From Leptogorgia sarmentosa (taxonomy: Eukaryota): 64,000 nucleotides of DNA. The position numbers and the translations under genes are program-made. The stretch spans positions 11,222,001 to 11,286,000 of the forward strand of contig OZ210885.1 in the NCBI GenBank assembly GCA_964658305.1, read 5' to 3'. Shown here piece after piece: positions 14,331-25,325 of the stretch. How positions within the stretch are numbered: position 1 is the first letter of the stretch; every line of letters begins with the position of its first letter. The notes under the pieces are model-generated. The model did not search any database. It saw only the letters and a program-made list of their open reading frames with translations, and had not been told where the DNA came from.

Positions 14331-14610
14331 CTTTCAGAATTGTGGCAATTGAAATACCAGGCGGGAATCTTAATCTAAATATGAATATTAATGCCCAGCA
14401 ACGTTTCGTTGCTACACGGCAACATCAACAGAACTATAATGATAATGTAACAGTTATAATATAGATACACCAACTATTACATTATCATTATAGCTCTGAT
14501 GATGTTGCGATGTAGCAACGAAACGTTAGCAATAAATTTAATAAAACTGAATGGTTTTAATATGTATGCATTAAAAATCGCTTGCTGGGCACTAATATTC
14601 ATATTTAGAT
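14331..14610. mobile_element. Penelope-like fold-back insertion with minimal hammerhead ribozyme
   Basis: 9-bp TSD TAGCACTGA (14322-14330, 14611-14619); inverted arms. Confidence 0.6.
14488..14535 (+). ncRNA. Minimal type I hammerhead ribozyme (Penelope-associated, short stem III)
   Basis: ttatagct-CTGATGA-t-gttgc(gatgta)gcaac-GAAA-CG-TT-agcaataa: conserved core, stem II, 7/8-bp stem I. Confidence 0.55.
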
Positions 14611-16695
14611 TAGCACTGAGTTTATTTAAGAGGAGATTTTTTTTAAAATTGAGAAACTATGGCTCAAAAATACCGTGATGCTTTGCGACAAAATGGCAAT
14701 TTTTGTGGTTTTTTCGAACATGGCGGCAAAGGAGTGATTATGTTTAAATTTTGCTCGTTTGTTCTCATCAAAACTCGCTCGATGGCACATCTAAGGCACG
14801 GAGTGTGATATTCAGTATATTGTCCCACACTGGAAGCTGATGAAAGGTCTCCACGCTGTTTTAAACAATTGCAAAGTGCTTCGAACTTTGGGGGTGTATG
14901 CTTCGAATGCAAAAGGCACGACGGTAAGAGTATTTTAACTGCTTTAATTCAGTTTTTATGTGACTAGATCTCAAAAATAATTCCATCAATAGCGACATAC
15001 ATGCCCAAACTTTGTGTCATATGTGCATCGGTGCAATCTGGGGCTCAAATAATTATTTTTTTGACTTTTCGAATGAGCGACCTTTTTACGTCTCTAAAAG
15101 CCCCACTGTCGTTGTATCCCTCAAATTATCCTCCAAATGCTCCTTGAAATTTATGTTGATTTCACAAAAAAATATTGCATGTGAAAGAGCGTTATCGTAT
15201 GCTTGAAATATCTGGATTTAAGCATGTATGCAATCATACTGCGATAATAAACATCCATTTCCCGTCGGCAAACTTTGTTATTGTCAGTCATTTTTCTCAC
15301 CGACATACGAAGTAGAATCACTTTATATATTTTAGATATTTCAACGTTTAAACCAATTGGCACACTGTGGGACCTATAGTACATTATCATGCAGTAGTTA
15401 AGGATAAAAACAGTACATGTTTGAAGAAATGTTAGGCGAATGGTCCTCGCAGAATTTTTAAAAGTAAATATTTTGGTTTTCCATTTTACTCACTTTTTGC
15501 TAAAATGGATGACTTTTGTTTTTTTAGTTCAGAATAGTCAATATAGTGGTTAGATCTTAAAAGGCTCACTAACTATGTAGCTTTGTAATCAGGCATCATT
15601 GTAATGTTAGCCAAAATCCAGCAGAAAACCCTAAAAAAAAGTTCTGAGATTTTTTTTACCATGAAAATGTTGAGTTCCTGCAAAGTGGGCAAAAAAATTA
15701 GTGAAGGCTTCACAAAAGTGCAAAAATATTATTTATTATGGATTGGCACACTGAAAGGCATATTTGCTAATGAAGTTTATGCATTACACTTGAGAATAAA
15801 TATGGTCCGGAAAAATTTTAGGTGGATGGTCCTCGCAGAATTTTGCCATTTTCATTGTCTTGTCTTTTTTAGTTTTAGTACAGGATTTTAAGGTGGCATT
15901 ATGATGCATTCCAAGCTGTTGCTGGGAATGTGTGTTTATTATTTGAAAATGTACAATTAAGTTCTGTTGACATAAAAATGACATAAAAAGAATGTGCAAA
16001 GGATATTTTTACAATATTGTATTGTACACAGGAAGTGTACAATATGGCAATGTTATGATAGTTATTAATTTGCAGCAGCCATGCATCTTGTATAAATGCC
16101 TCCTATCATTGTTGTTTGTTTTCTATTGCTCACACAAAATATCTTTCATATCAATGTACCATATGATAAACATACATTTATGCAGTTTATCTACTTTGTT
16201 AGACTAACTAAGAGAAATCTCGCCATTATATTTTGGATTACAATTGAAGACATGCCATATATCAGCAACTGAAGCACAAAATTTGGGATTAACATGAAGA
16301 AACCAGTGATTATTTATTGCTCCATTTCTTTTACAATAATATACCAGTCTAATTAGAATTACAGAAAAATGGTTTTATCATTGTTCAAAATATGTAATAA
16401 CAGTCATATCTTGGTTAAATTTTTGATAAGCAACAATCGAATCTCAACTACTCTAAATGTAATTTTTGGGTTTGAATAATAAATTTCAAAGTGAACATGT
16501 AGTATATCTAAAGTAAGCCCGAGTCAAATGAGGATGAGAGTTGGTAAATGAGAGCTCAGTAGAAGGGCAAAAACATTTGACAACTATGCAGCTATTCTCA
16601 ATGCTCGTAATGATATGCGAACAACAAATTAAGGACAAACAAAGGTATTATCAAGCATAATGGCATAGATTATGCGCATGAATGGGTAACAAAGC

Positions 16696-16738
16696 TATAA
16701 AAGGTGGAAAACGCCATAAACTCGGCTCTTGTTCAGTT
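16696..16738 (+). promoter_or_regulatory. TATA box and Inr-like motif inside repeat A1 (copied in A2)
   Basis: TATAAAAG at 16696 followed by a pyrimidine-rich TCAGTT; repeat B carries AATAAA. Confidence 0.4.
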
Positions 16739-17217
16739 ACACCGTTGAGAAGCAAGTGGCGATCTTTTGTTGGAAGGGAACACGACTCACCCGAATTCAT
16801 CACGACTCATCCAAACGCCCAGTGCCAAACGACAATGAGTTGGAGGATCTGCAATATTTAAAGTAATTACAATCCTTATTCCCTCTTGTCATTTCAGACA
16901 TTTGTGATTTTACTGCCTCACATCGGTTCCCGGCTGAGCCGTCGTTACGCTCGTCAATTTTCTCGTTCGCTGGATTGTCGATCTGCTGATCACGGTTCTA
17001 CCGGCAGGTTTTCATGCTGTTCATTGTATTTGTCTTGGATAATTTCGTTGTTTCAGCATGGCCTGTCCCGCTGATTCGGGTGAAGTTCTGCATGATTACA
17101 TCGCGATTAGTTGCTTTTGTGCTCACTCATGCAGTGTTGGTGATTTGCTCATCAGGCCGAGAGAACATGATGTCTATGCATAATTATTCGTTATGAACGC
17201 GCCTAACTTGTGTGATA

Positions 17218-18360
17218 TGGGCGAGATTTCGCCAGTGGTGAGGTCACCGTGCTTAATATCGGCGGGCTTTCGTCAGAGATGAGATTACAGTGGTTACTGT
17301 GGGCGAGATTTCGCCAGAGATGACGTGCTGTAGCTAAATTCAGCAGAATTTGGCCCGAGCTGATACAGTCGTTCACTATGCGCGAGATTTCGCGAGCGAC
17401 GAGTTAGATGTTATGGGCGAGATTTCGCCACACAGCAATTACAGTGGTTGATGTGGGCGAGGTTTCGCCAGGCACGAGTTTGCCGTCGTCAATAGGCGCG
17501 AGATTTCGCGAGCGACCAACTTATAGATGCTGTGGGGGCGAGATTTCGCCACACAGCAATTACAGTGGTTGATGTGGGCGTGGTTTCGCCAGGCATGAGT
17601 TTGCCGTCGTCAATAGGCGCGAGATTTCGCGAGCGACCAGCTTATAGATGCTGTGGGGGCGAGATTTCGCCACACAGCAATTACAGTGGTTGACGTGGGC
17701 GAGGTTTCGCCAGGCACGAGTTTCCAGTCGTCAATAGGCGCGAGATTTCGCGAGCGACCAGCTTATAGATGCTGTGGGGGCGAGATTTCGCCACACAGCA
17801 ATTACAGTGGTTGATGTGGGCGAGGTTTCGCCAGGCACGAGTTTGCCGCCGTCAATAGGCGCGAGATTTCGCGAGCGACGAGCTTATAGATGATGTGGGG
17901 GCGAGATTTCGCCACAAAGCAATCACGGTGGTTGGCTTGGGCGAGGTTTTGCCAGCCACGAGTTTACACTCGTCAATAGGCGCGAGATTTCGCGAGCGAC
18001 GAGCTTATAGATGATGTGGGGGCGAGATTTCGCCACACAGCAATTACAGTGGTTGGCTTGGGCGAGGTTTTGCCAGGCACGAGTTTGCCATCGTCAATAG
18101 GCGCGAGATTTCGCGAGCGACCAACTTATAGATGCTGTGGGGGCGAGATTTCGCCACACAGCAATTACAGTGGTTGACGTGGGCGAGGTTTCGCCAGGCA
18201 CGAGTTTGCCGTCGTCAATAGGCGCGAGATTTCGCGAGCGACCAGCTTATAAATCCTGTCCGGGCGAGATTTCGCAACACAGCAATTACAGTGGTTGATG
18301 TGGGCGAGGTTTCGTCAGGGACGAGTTTATAGAGGTTATACGGGCGAGCGTTCGCCAGAG
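17218..18360. repeat. Tandem array: 121-bp unit made of three ~40-bp subunits, each with a palindromic GGCGAGATTTCGCC-type core (~29 cores)
   Basis: Units start at 17416, 17537, 17658, 17779, 17900, 18021, 18142, 18263; degenerate monomers at the flanks. Confidence 0.92.
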
Positions 18361-18756
18361 CGACATTGCGGTGGTTCCTTCTACACAGGAACCTGAAGGT
18401 GGGGTCCACTCGGTCTTTTCCTGCGGGTCCGGGGATATGATCGCTTTGAAACAGGGTATCTCAGCAAGCCCTCCCTGCGTTCGCGGGGTCTTGGCGATCA
18501 TGTCCTTGCCGACCTTTTCGGGGTGAGATCTAGGGACTTCGTTTGTTTGTTGTAGGGACGGGTACCTACCGCTACCGTAAGTGTCTGATTTGAAGAACAA
18601 CTCGAGGAATCGGTGGCGCAGATGCCTGTCATGCAATGGGTTAATTCTTCCGGCAACCCCGTGTTGGTCGGTAAGGATATGACGCCCAATCAGGATCGTG
18701 TTGCACACGTTTCCCAGGTAGAAAAAGGCCAGGCGTTGGGAGATGTCAATACTCAT
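18286..18756 (-). CDS. Orphan ORF (156 aa) inside the split-repeat element, function unknown
   Basis: ORF track; GC-richer than the host DNA; frame stays open ~39 codons further upstream; no recognised motif. Confidence 0.25.
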   Translation of the reverse strand: MSIDISQRLAFFYLGNVCNTILIGRHILTDQHGVAGRINPLHDRHLRHRFLELFFKSDTYGSGRYPSLQQTNEVPRSHPEKVGKDMIAKTPRTQGGLAEIPCFKAIISPDPQEKTEWTPPSGSCVEGTTAMSLWRTLARITSINSSLTKPRPHQPL

Positions 18757-18984
18757 ACGGGATCCCCGGACGTTCCATGTGTGGGGAACGGCATAATCAT
18801 GTCCAATCGTGGACGGCGATGGCCTCGTGCAATCCTTTTCCCAATCATGTGGAAGTTTTAACTTGGATTGAACTTAGGGTCTTGGTTTTCCCCTATTTTC
18901 AGCATTTTAAAAGGAACCTACCAACAAATGTCGTATGACTCTGACCGCCCAGCGTTCAGGAGGAAATTTAGTTTGGGGGGTTAC

Positions 18985-19161
18985 GGAATGAGTATTGGGT
19001 TAAGGAATGAGTATTGGGTTAAGGAATGAGGATTGGGTTAAGGAATGAGGATTGGGTTAAGGAATGAGGATTGGGTTAAGGAATGAGGATTGGGTTAAGG
19101 AATGAGGATTGGGTTAAGGAATGAGGATTGGGTTAAGGAATGAGGATTGGGTTAAGGAATG
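18985..19161 (+). repeat. 19-bp tandem repeat GGAATGAGGATTGGGTTAA, left part (~9 copies)
   Basis: Directly visible; continues at 23672-23790 after the Gypsy. Confidence 0.95.
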
Positions 19162-22100
19162 TGTTAAGTTATTGATCAACGTAAGCTTTTATTTCTTTTT
19201 CATAAGAACAACCTAGTACAACAACAACAATAACGATAACTCCCGGGGAGTCCCTGTCTAGATTAAGGGTCACTCTGTCCCAGTCTCTCAGCGCACCCCG
19301 TAACATCTCCCTCCTTCAACGTTCAACGTATTTGTTTTAAGTTTCCGTGACATAGTCTTCAAGATATGCCGGTCGGCGTCTTTGTCTGCTGGATGTTCTC
19401 TGTTGACTAACTGGTTCCTCAAATGCAGGGGTTGTCGGTAAGTCCGCCGGATTCTGTTCTTTCATTGGCAATTCTATATCTGCTTCCTCCTCATCTGATT
19501 CCAACGTTTTTCGAAGATGTCTGCGATTTCTTCTGTAATTTCCTCCACTGTCGGCTCTGACAATATACGATCTCGGACTAACAATCGCTTGCACCTTTCC
19601 TTTCCCCCAGGTTTTCCTTCCCTTCTCAGGCAGCATACGGACTGCATCTCCTACTCCCAGTGCTGGAAGTTGCTTTGATCCTTTGTTGTAGTAGTACGCT
19701 TGTTTAGTTTTTGCTTGTTGCAGCTCTTGTTCTGCCGAACGCCAACAAGTAGGCTCGAGCAGTGTGCGCGAGGCTGGGATCGTGGTTCTGGTTCTCCTCC
19801 CCAACAGTCGTTGGGCTGGTGAGGTAGTCATGCCATCTGAAGGTGTGTTTCGATGCTCTAGTATTGCCAGGTACGGATCTGATTTCGCGTCCAATGCCTT
19901 TTCCATAAGGCGCTTTGCTGTCTTTACCGCGCTTTCCGCCTTCCCATTTGATTGTGGATATCGAGGCGACGAGGTCACATGCTCAAATTCATATTTCGCG
20001 GCAAAATCCTGAAATTCACTAGAACTATACTGCGGGCCGTTGTCACTGACAACACGCTCTGGAATACCGTAACGTGCCATGTGTGCCTTTAACTTGTGGA
20101 TAACCTCAGCGCTTGTCTTGGAGTATAGCCTGTCCACCTCAATGAAATTAGAATAGTAATCGACCGTAACTAGGTAATCCTTGCTTCTGAGCTCAAACAA
20201 ATCTGTTGCGATCGACTCCCATGGACGTGTTGGGACTGGAGAACTCATAAGAGGTTCTTTCTGGTTTGCTGCTTGATACTGCGCACAAATGTTGCACTTC
20301 GCGATGACCTCCTCAATGTCCTTGTTCATACCTGGCCAATAACAGATTTCCCTCGCTCTTCTGAGTGTCGCTTGTATCCCACTGTGGTTGTGATGAAGTT
20401 TCACTTTCATGTCTGCTCTCATTCCTGCAGGAACAATCAGCCGTTCCCCTTTAAGAATAACTCCATTTTGTACGGTAAGTTCATCGCGAAACGGGTGATA
20501 CACTCGTAATGCCTGAGGAACTTCGGATAGTGTACTTGGCCACCCTTCTTTTATAATTTGGACCAATGCCTGCAAGTGGCTGTCTGCTTCCGTTTGTTCT
20601 TTAATGTGGACTAACGTACTTTCGCTAACCGCTAGGTCCTGCAGCATATCCACTTGTTCTATTTCTCGCTCTGCTTCTGATATACCGTCATACATGGTCA
20701 TTACTGCCTCTGTCTCTCCAGCTCCTGCCGTATGAGGCCGGTTGAGAGTTGCCCGACTTAGCGTATCGGCCATAAACATAAGTGTCCCCTTTTTGTACAC
20801 CACTTCGAACTCAAACTTCTGGAGTCGTAGTATCATTCTTTGCAGGCGCTTTGGAGCATTTAGTAGACTCTTCTTCAAAATAGACTCTAGTGGCTTGTGA
20901 TCAGATTCTACGAGCACCTTGCGACCGTACAAATAACTTTCGAATCGTTCCATCCCGAACACAATTGCCAGCATCTCTTTCTCAATCTGAGCATAGTGAA
21001 CTTCAGTTGGAGTGAGAGACCGCGACGCATAGGCCACTGGTTGATTGTTTTGTAACAGGCAGGCACCAAGACCATTCCTGGAGGCATCGCACTGCAGGAC
21101 TGGCACGATATTGGTGTCAAAAAACCGGAGTACTGGTGGTTCAGAAAGGATTTGCCGGACTTCGTTCAATGCTTTACCATGTACATGTTCCTCCCATTTG
21201 AATTCATTTCCTGTCTTAATCAAGTCACGCAACGGTGTGGTAATTTCGGCTAACCTAGGCGCAAACTTCTGGACATAATTCGCCATGCCAAGCAATCTCT
21301 GCACTCCCTGTTTATCAGTGGGAATTGGCATATCCCGGATTGCCTTCGTTTTTTCTGGATCAATCTTTAATCCATTTGTTGTAAGACGATGGCCCATGTA
21401 ACTCACCTCGTTGAGTTGCAGCTGGATCTTATCTGGGTTCAACCGGAGGCCTTTCTCTTTGCAGCGTTCCATCAAAAGTCTGAGGTTCTTGTCATGGTCG
21501 CGATAGGCTTCGTCATCGGTCGCACCACAGCCAACAACCAGAATATCATCAGCGATGACTTTGATTCCCGGGAGACCCAACAGGATGTCATTCACACGAC
21601 GTTGAAACTCCTCCGGTGCAGGTGATAAGCCGAATGGCATTCGCAACCAACGATAGCGACCCCACGGAGTGCCGAAGGTTGTTGCATAGGAGCTGGGCTC
21701 GTCAAGACGAACATGCCAAAACCCATTTTTGGCATCTAGAACTGAGAAACAGCGAGCATGTGCCAGATCGGGTAGAATATCATCAATGGTGGGCGTAGGG
21801 TAATGATTACGCTTGAGAGCCCGATTTAATGGTTTAGGGTCGATACAAAGTCTGAGGTCACCACTCTTCTTGACAGTAACTACCAGGGCCGATATCCAGG
21901 GTGTTGGCGTATCTACAGGGCTATGACGTTTGCCTCTACTAGTCGGTTGAGCTCTGTTTTCAATTTATCTTTCACAGCCAGAGGGATCTTCCGAGTTGGG
22001 AGCTGAACCGGGGACATGGATTCATCCAACTCCAAATGTAGTGTCCCCGGCAGAGTTCCTTGACCCTGGAACACCCCAGGATACTCCTCAACGAGATGCT

Positions 22101-23671
22101 GTTTGGTTAGAGGCCTGGGTACATCTGTTACACTTGAGTCAGTAGTAAAAATGTTCTCCTGTTTTACTACCAGTAAGTTCATGAGTTGACTAGCTTTCGC
22201 CCCTAGTATTGACTTACAATTCTCTTTCACAACCATGAATTCCACACTGTATTTCTTCTGGTTCTTAGGATTAATAACTTGAATCCTTGTCTTCCCGATT
22301 GGCTTCACTTCGGACCCATTATACATTACAAGAGTTGCATGTGTTGGCACCATGTCCTTAATGGGCTTGCGAAAGCAACTTTCGAGTGTGCTTTTCGATA
22401 ACACATTCACTGTCGCGCCACTGTCAAGTTGAAAACGCTCAAGCTTTCTGTTAATCATCAGGTGGGCACTGGGCTTGTAGGTGTATTGATCAGCAGTAAC
22501 CGCACCTACCTCCTCTTTGGTCTCCAACTGAGCTATGTATTCTTCTTCTGACGAGTCGGTTGCCACGTTAACACCCGAGACTGACTTTCGTGGGCCACCT
22601 GATCTTCTTTGCGCATTACAAACAACTGCGAAGTGATTCTTGCGTTTACACAATGAGCACGTTTTGCCCCAAGCTGGGCATTTAAACTTATCTCTGAGGT
22701 GCGATGTGCTGCAGATTTTACACCTGATTACCCCATCTTCGACTCTTTTCCTTGGACTGTTCTCGTTCAGCTGCCTTCGGCCAACGGCTAGCACGTCCTC
22801 GCCTTTCGCTTTCATTGACTCGAGTTGCCTTGAGGTCTTTTCACAAGACCGACAGATATCTATACTTTGCTGCAGCGTAAGCTTCGAGACTTGTAGTAAT
22901 TTCTTTCGTGCAGAGTTGTCCTGAACACCAAGGACCATACGGTCTCTTATCAGGTTATCTTCCAAATTACCAAAGTTGCACGTCTTAGCTAGAGTGCGAA
23001 GGGCCGTATAGTAAGCATCAACTGTCTCGTTTGACTCTTGATCTCGCTTATTAAAACAATAGCGTTCGTATGTTTCATTTGTCTCTCCAATACAGTACTT
23101 TTCCAACTTATCTATGACAACATCGATATCCTTTCTCTCGTCTTCATTCTCGAAGTCCAGTCCGTCAAACACATCCAAGGCATCAGGTCCTATACACGTT
23201 AACAAGGTGGCTGTTCTTAGCTCTTTATTTGTATCCGGGTTTTGTGGATCCTTCAAGCGTGCGGCGATTTCGTAGTTGTTCCACGCTCGATAAAACCGCT
23301 TCCAATTCGTCGCAAGATTTCCTGTCATGACCAGCTGCGAGGGCATGGGCAAATTCACTGGAATTTGTACGATTGTGGCTGCCTGAGACGCCGTCGTCGA
23401 ATCCTCGTGGTCCGACATATTCCAACACTATTTCGCGATTATTGCACACGAGTCCTTGTTGTAAGAGGTTACGGAGCTTCTGTTACAACAAAGTAGCTGT
23501 CTGACGATAAATGACGTGTTAATTTACTCCTGGTACCATGTTAAGTTATTGATCAACGTAAGCTTTTATTTCTTTTTCATAGTACAACAACAACAATAAC
23601 GATAACTCCCGGGGAGTCCCTGTCTAGATTAAGGGTCACTCTGTCCCAGTCTCTCAGCGCACCCCGTAACA
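19162..23671 (-). mobile_element. Ty3/Gypsy LTR retrotransposon (Mag-like), nearly intact
   Basis: LTRs 19162-19305 and 23539-23671, identical except for an 11-bp indel. 5-bp TSD GAATG. PBS TGGTACCAGGAGT. PPT AAGGAGGGAGA. Confidence 0.96.
19337..23418 (-). CDS. Gypsy gag-pol (two zinc knuckles, LDSGA protease, RT IADD, RNase H, HHCC/DDE integrase) with a single 1-nt frameshift at ~21918
   Basis: ORFs 21913-23418 and 19337-21646; the pol frame is open from IAP/VDTPTPWISALVV...RLCIDPKPLN onward. Confidence 0.93.
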
Positions 23672-23790
23672 GAATGAGGATTGGGTTAAGGAATGAGGAT
23701 TGGGTTAAGGAATGAGGAATGAGGATTGGGTTAAGGAATGAGGATTGGGTTAAGGAATGAGGATTGGATTAAGGAATGAGGATTGGATGG
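23672..23790 (+). repeat. 19-bp tandem repeat, right part (~6 copies)
   Basis: Same unit as 18985-19161. Confidence 0.93.
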
Positions 23791-24948
23791 GCGTATAGAC
23801 AAAAAGGATCAGGTTGGACGCTGGCGCTGATCAACATTGCCATACCTTAAATAAACTGAGCATGAAGTCGAGCATTGAGAAATAGTATACTATTCTCAAT
23901 GCTCGTAATGATATGCGAACAACAAATTAAGGACAAACAAAGGTATTATCAAGCATAATGGCATAGATTATGCGCATGAATGGGTAACAAAGCTATAAAA
24001 GGTGGAAAACGCCATAAACTCGGCTCTTGTTCAGTTACACCGTTGAGAAGCAAGTGGCGAGCGACCCACCCACCCACCCACCCCAGAATTCGGGTGAGTC
24101 GTGCGCCGCAACTCCACGCCAAGCTTTCAGCTTGGCGTGGGGCGCTGATCAACATTGCCATACCTTAAATAAACTGAGCATGAAGTCGAGCATTGAGAAA
24201 TAGTATACTGTTGACCATGAATGTGAGTATAGTATTTGTATAGTATTATAGGGTATTTGTCCTCGGATTTATGACCCTAATTACCAAAAGCCTGGTCGCT
24301 AAGTTTTGAGCCTTTTTTGAAAGAAATACTCAATTTTTAAAAAAATCTCCTTTTAATTAAAAATCTATTGTTGTTGGATGGCACTTTAAAAATGACTTCC
24401 GCACAAAAACTAAGCCCTTTTGACGGTATTTTATTCAATCGAGTCAAAATATGGAGCATGTTGTAAAAGTTATTAAAGTTTTGTGAAATTTTTTGCCGCA
24501 GAGTCAGAGACATGTCCGAAAACTAGATTTTGCGTTCTTTCCTGCGCGATTACCGATTAATTTATGCATATTAATTGGATATTTGCATTAATTACCAATG
24601 CAATTGCAAACTAATTCCCAAAAGTCCGTAATTAGGCAAAGAAATTGCGGAAAATCAAGTTTTCGGACATCGCACGTTCGTCTCAGCGTGCACTAAATTT
24701 CTTAAAACTTGAATAGCTTATATTATCATACTCCATATTTTCATCCGATTAAATCAAATTGTGCGAAGTAACCTTTCAGTAACTACATATCCCATTCCAA
24801 AAATGTTTGTTTTTAAAACAAACTTAGTGCTAGATATACCAGAGGGTGTTAAACTACCCATGCTGACCGAAAGTTTTTGGAACTTTTGAGCGCTCGTTAT
24901 TTTAGAGAATGTTTTCAATCGGCAAACGTATTTTTTATACACCGTTTA

Positions 24949-25325
24949 CTCTCTAAATTCAAACGAATGAAAATTCAATCTATTTATCCGTAAAAACAAT
25001 CTCTTTGCTATTGTTTTCGCGGACCAAATGAATCTGAAAGGAGTGGCTTTTCAATGAAATTTCATGATCAATCGATTTTCGATTCCAAGAAGCTTATTCT
25101 TCGCCTGCTACTGCTGCACACGCGAAGTTTGAACAATATGATTGGCTTAGAATTATAAATCTTTACAAAGATTGAAATAATTCTCAGTCGTCATTATCCA
25201 CTGACACACTTTCAATCGAATTGCACACTGAAACAGTATTTTTCAATCAAAATTCAATCTATTAGACTGATTTATTTTTCAAACTGTTAAAAGATTGAAA
25301 TTTTCAATCTTTTGAATTAAGAGAG
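24949..25325. mobile_element. TA-flanked MITE
   Basis: TIRs ctctctaaattcaaa / tttgaattaagagag, with TA on both sides. Confidence 0.6.

Larger units (their letters stand above)
16592..24209 (+). mobile_element. Non-autonomous split-direct-repeat element (DIRS superfamily; Ngaro/PAT/TOC1-like), ~3.1 kb without the nested Gypsy
   Basis: A1 16592-16762 = A2 23890-24060 (171 bp); B1 23823-23889 = B2 24141-24207 (67 bp); order A1...B1-A2-x-B2; no TSD, only a shared CT at the ends. Confidence 0.75.
14208..24945. mobile_element. Old TIR DNA-transposon derivative hosting later insertions
   Basis: Imperfect ~120-bp inverted termini (14208-14330 vs 24822-24945), plus inverted match 14620-14668 vs 24302-24360; no transposase visible. 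Confidence 0.45.

Noticed and set aside
17218..18360. CRISPR-like repeat-spacer array
   Set aside because: The 'spacers' repeat every third unit, the core is only 14 bp, there are no cas genes, and the context is eukaryotic
18985..19161. True telomere or chromosome end
   Set aside because: The unit is a 19-mer rather than (TTAGGG)n and is internal to a mobile element
21900..21930. Programmed ribosomal frameshift in the Gypsy
   Set aside because: No slippery heptamer and the site is inside RT; a 1-nt deletion or sequencing error is simpler
7651..23496. Antisense and alternate-frame ORFs over the BEL and Gypsy polyproteins
   Set aside because: Shadow ORFs with no independent motifs
16592..24060. 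A1/A2 as ordinary LTRs of a larger LTR element
   Set aside because: No TG...CA ends, PBS, PPT or TSD; the extra B repeats fit a split-repeat layout
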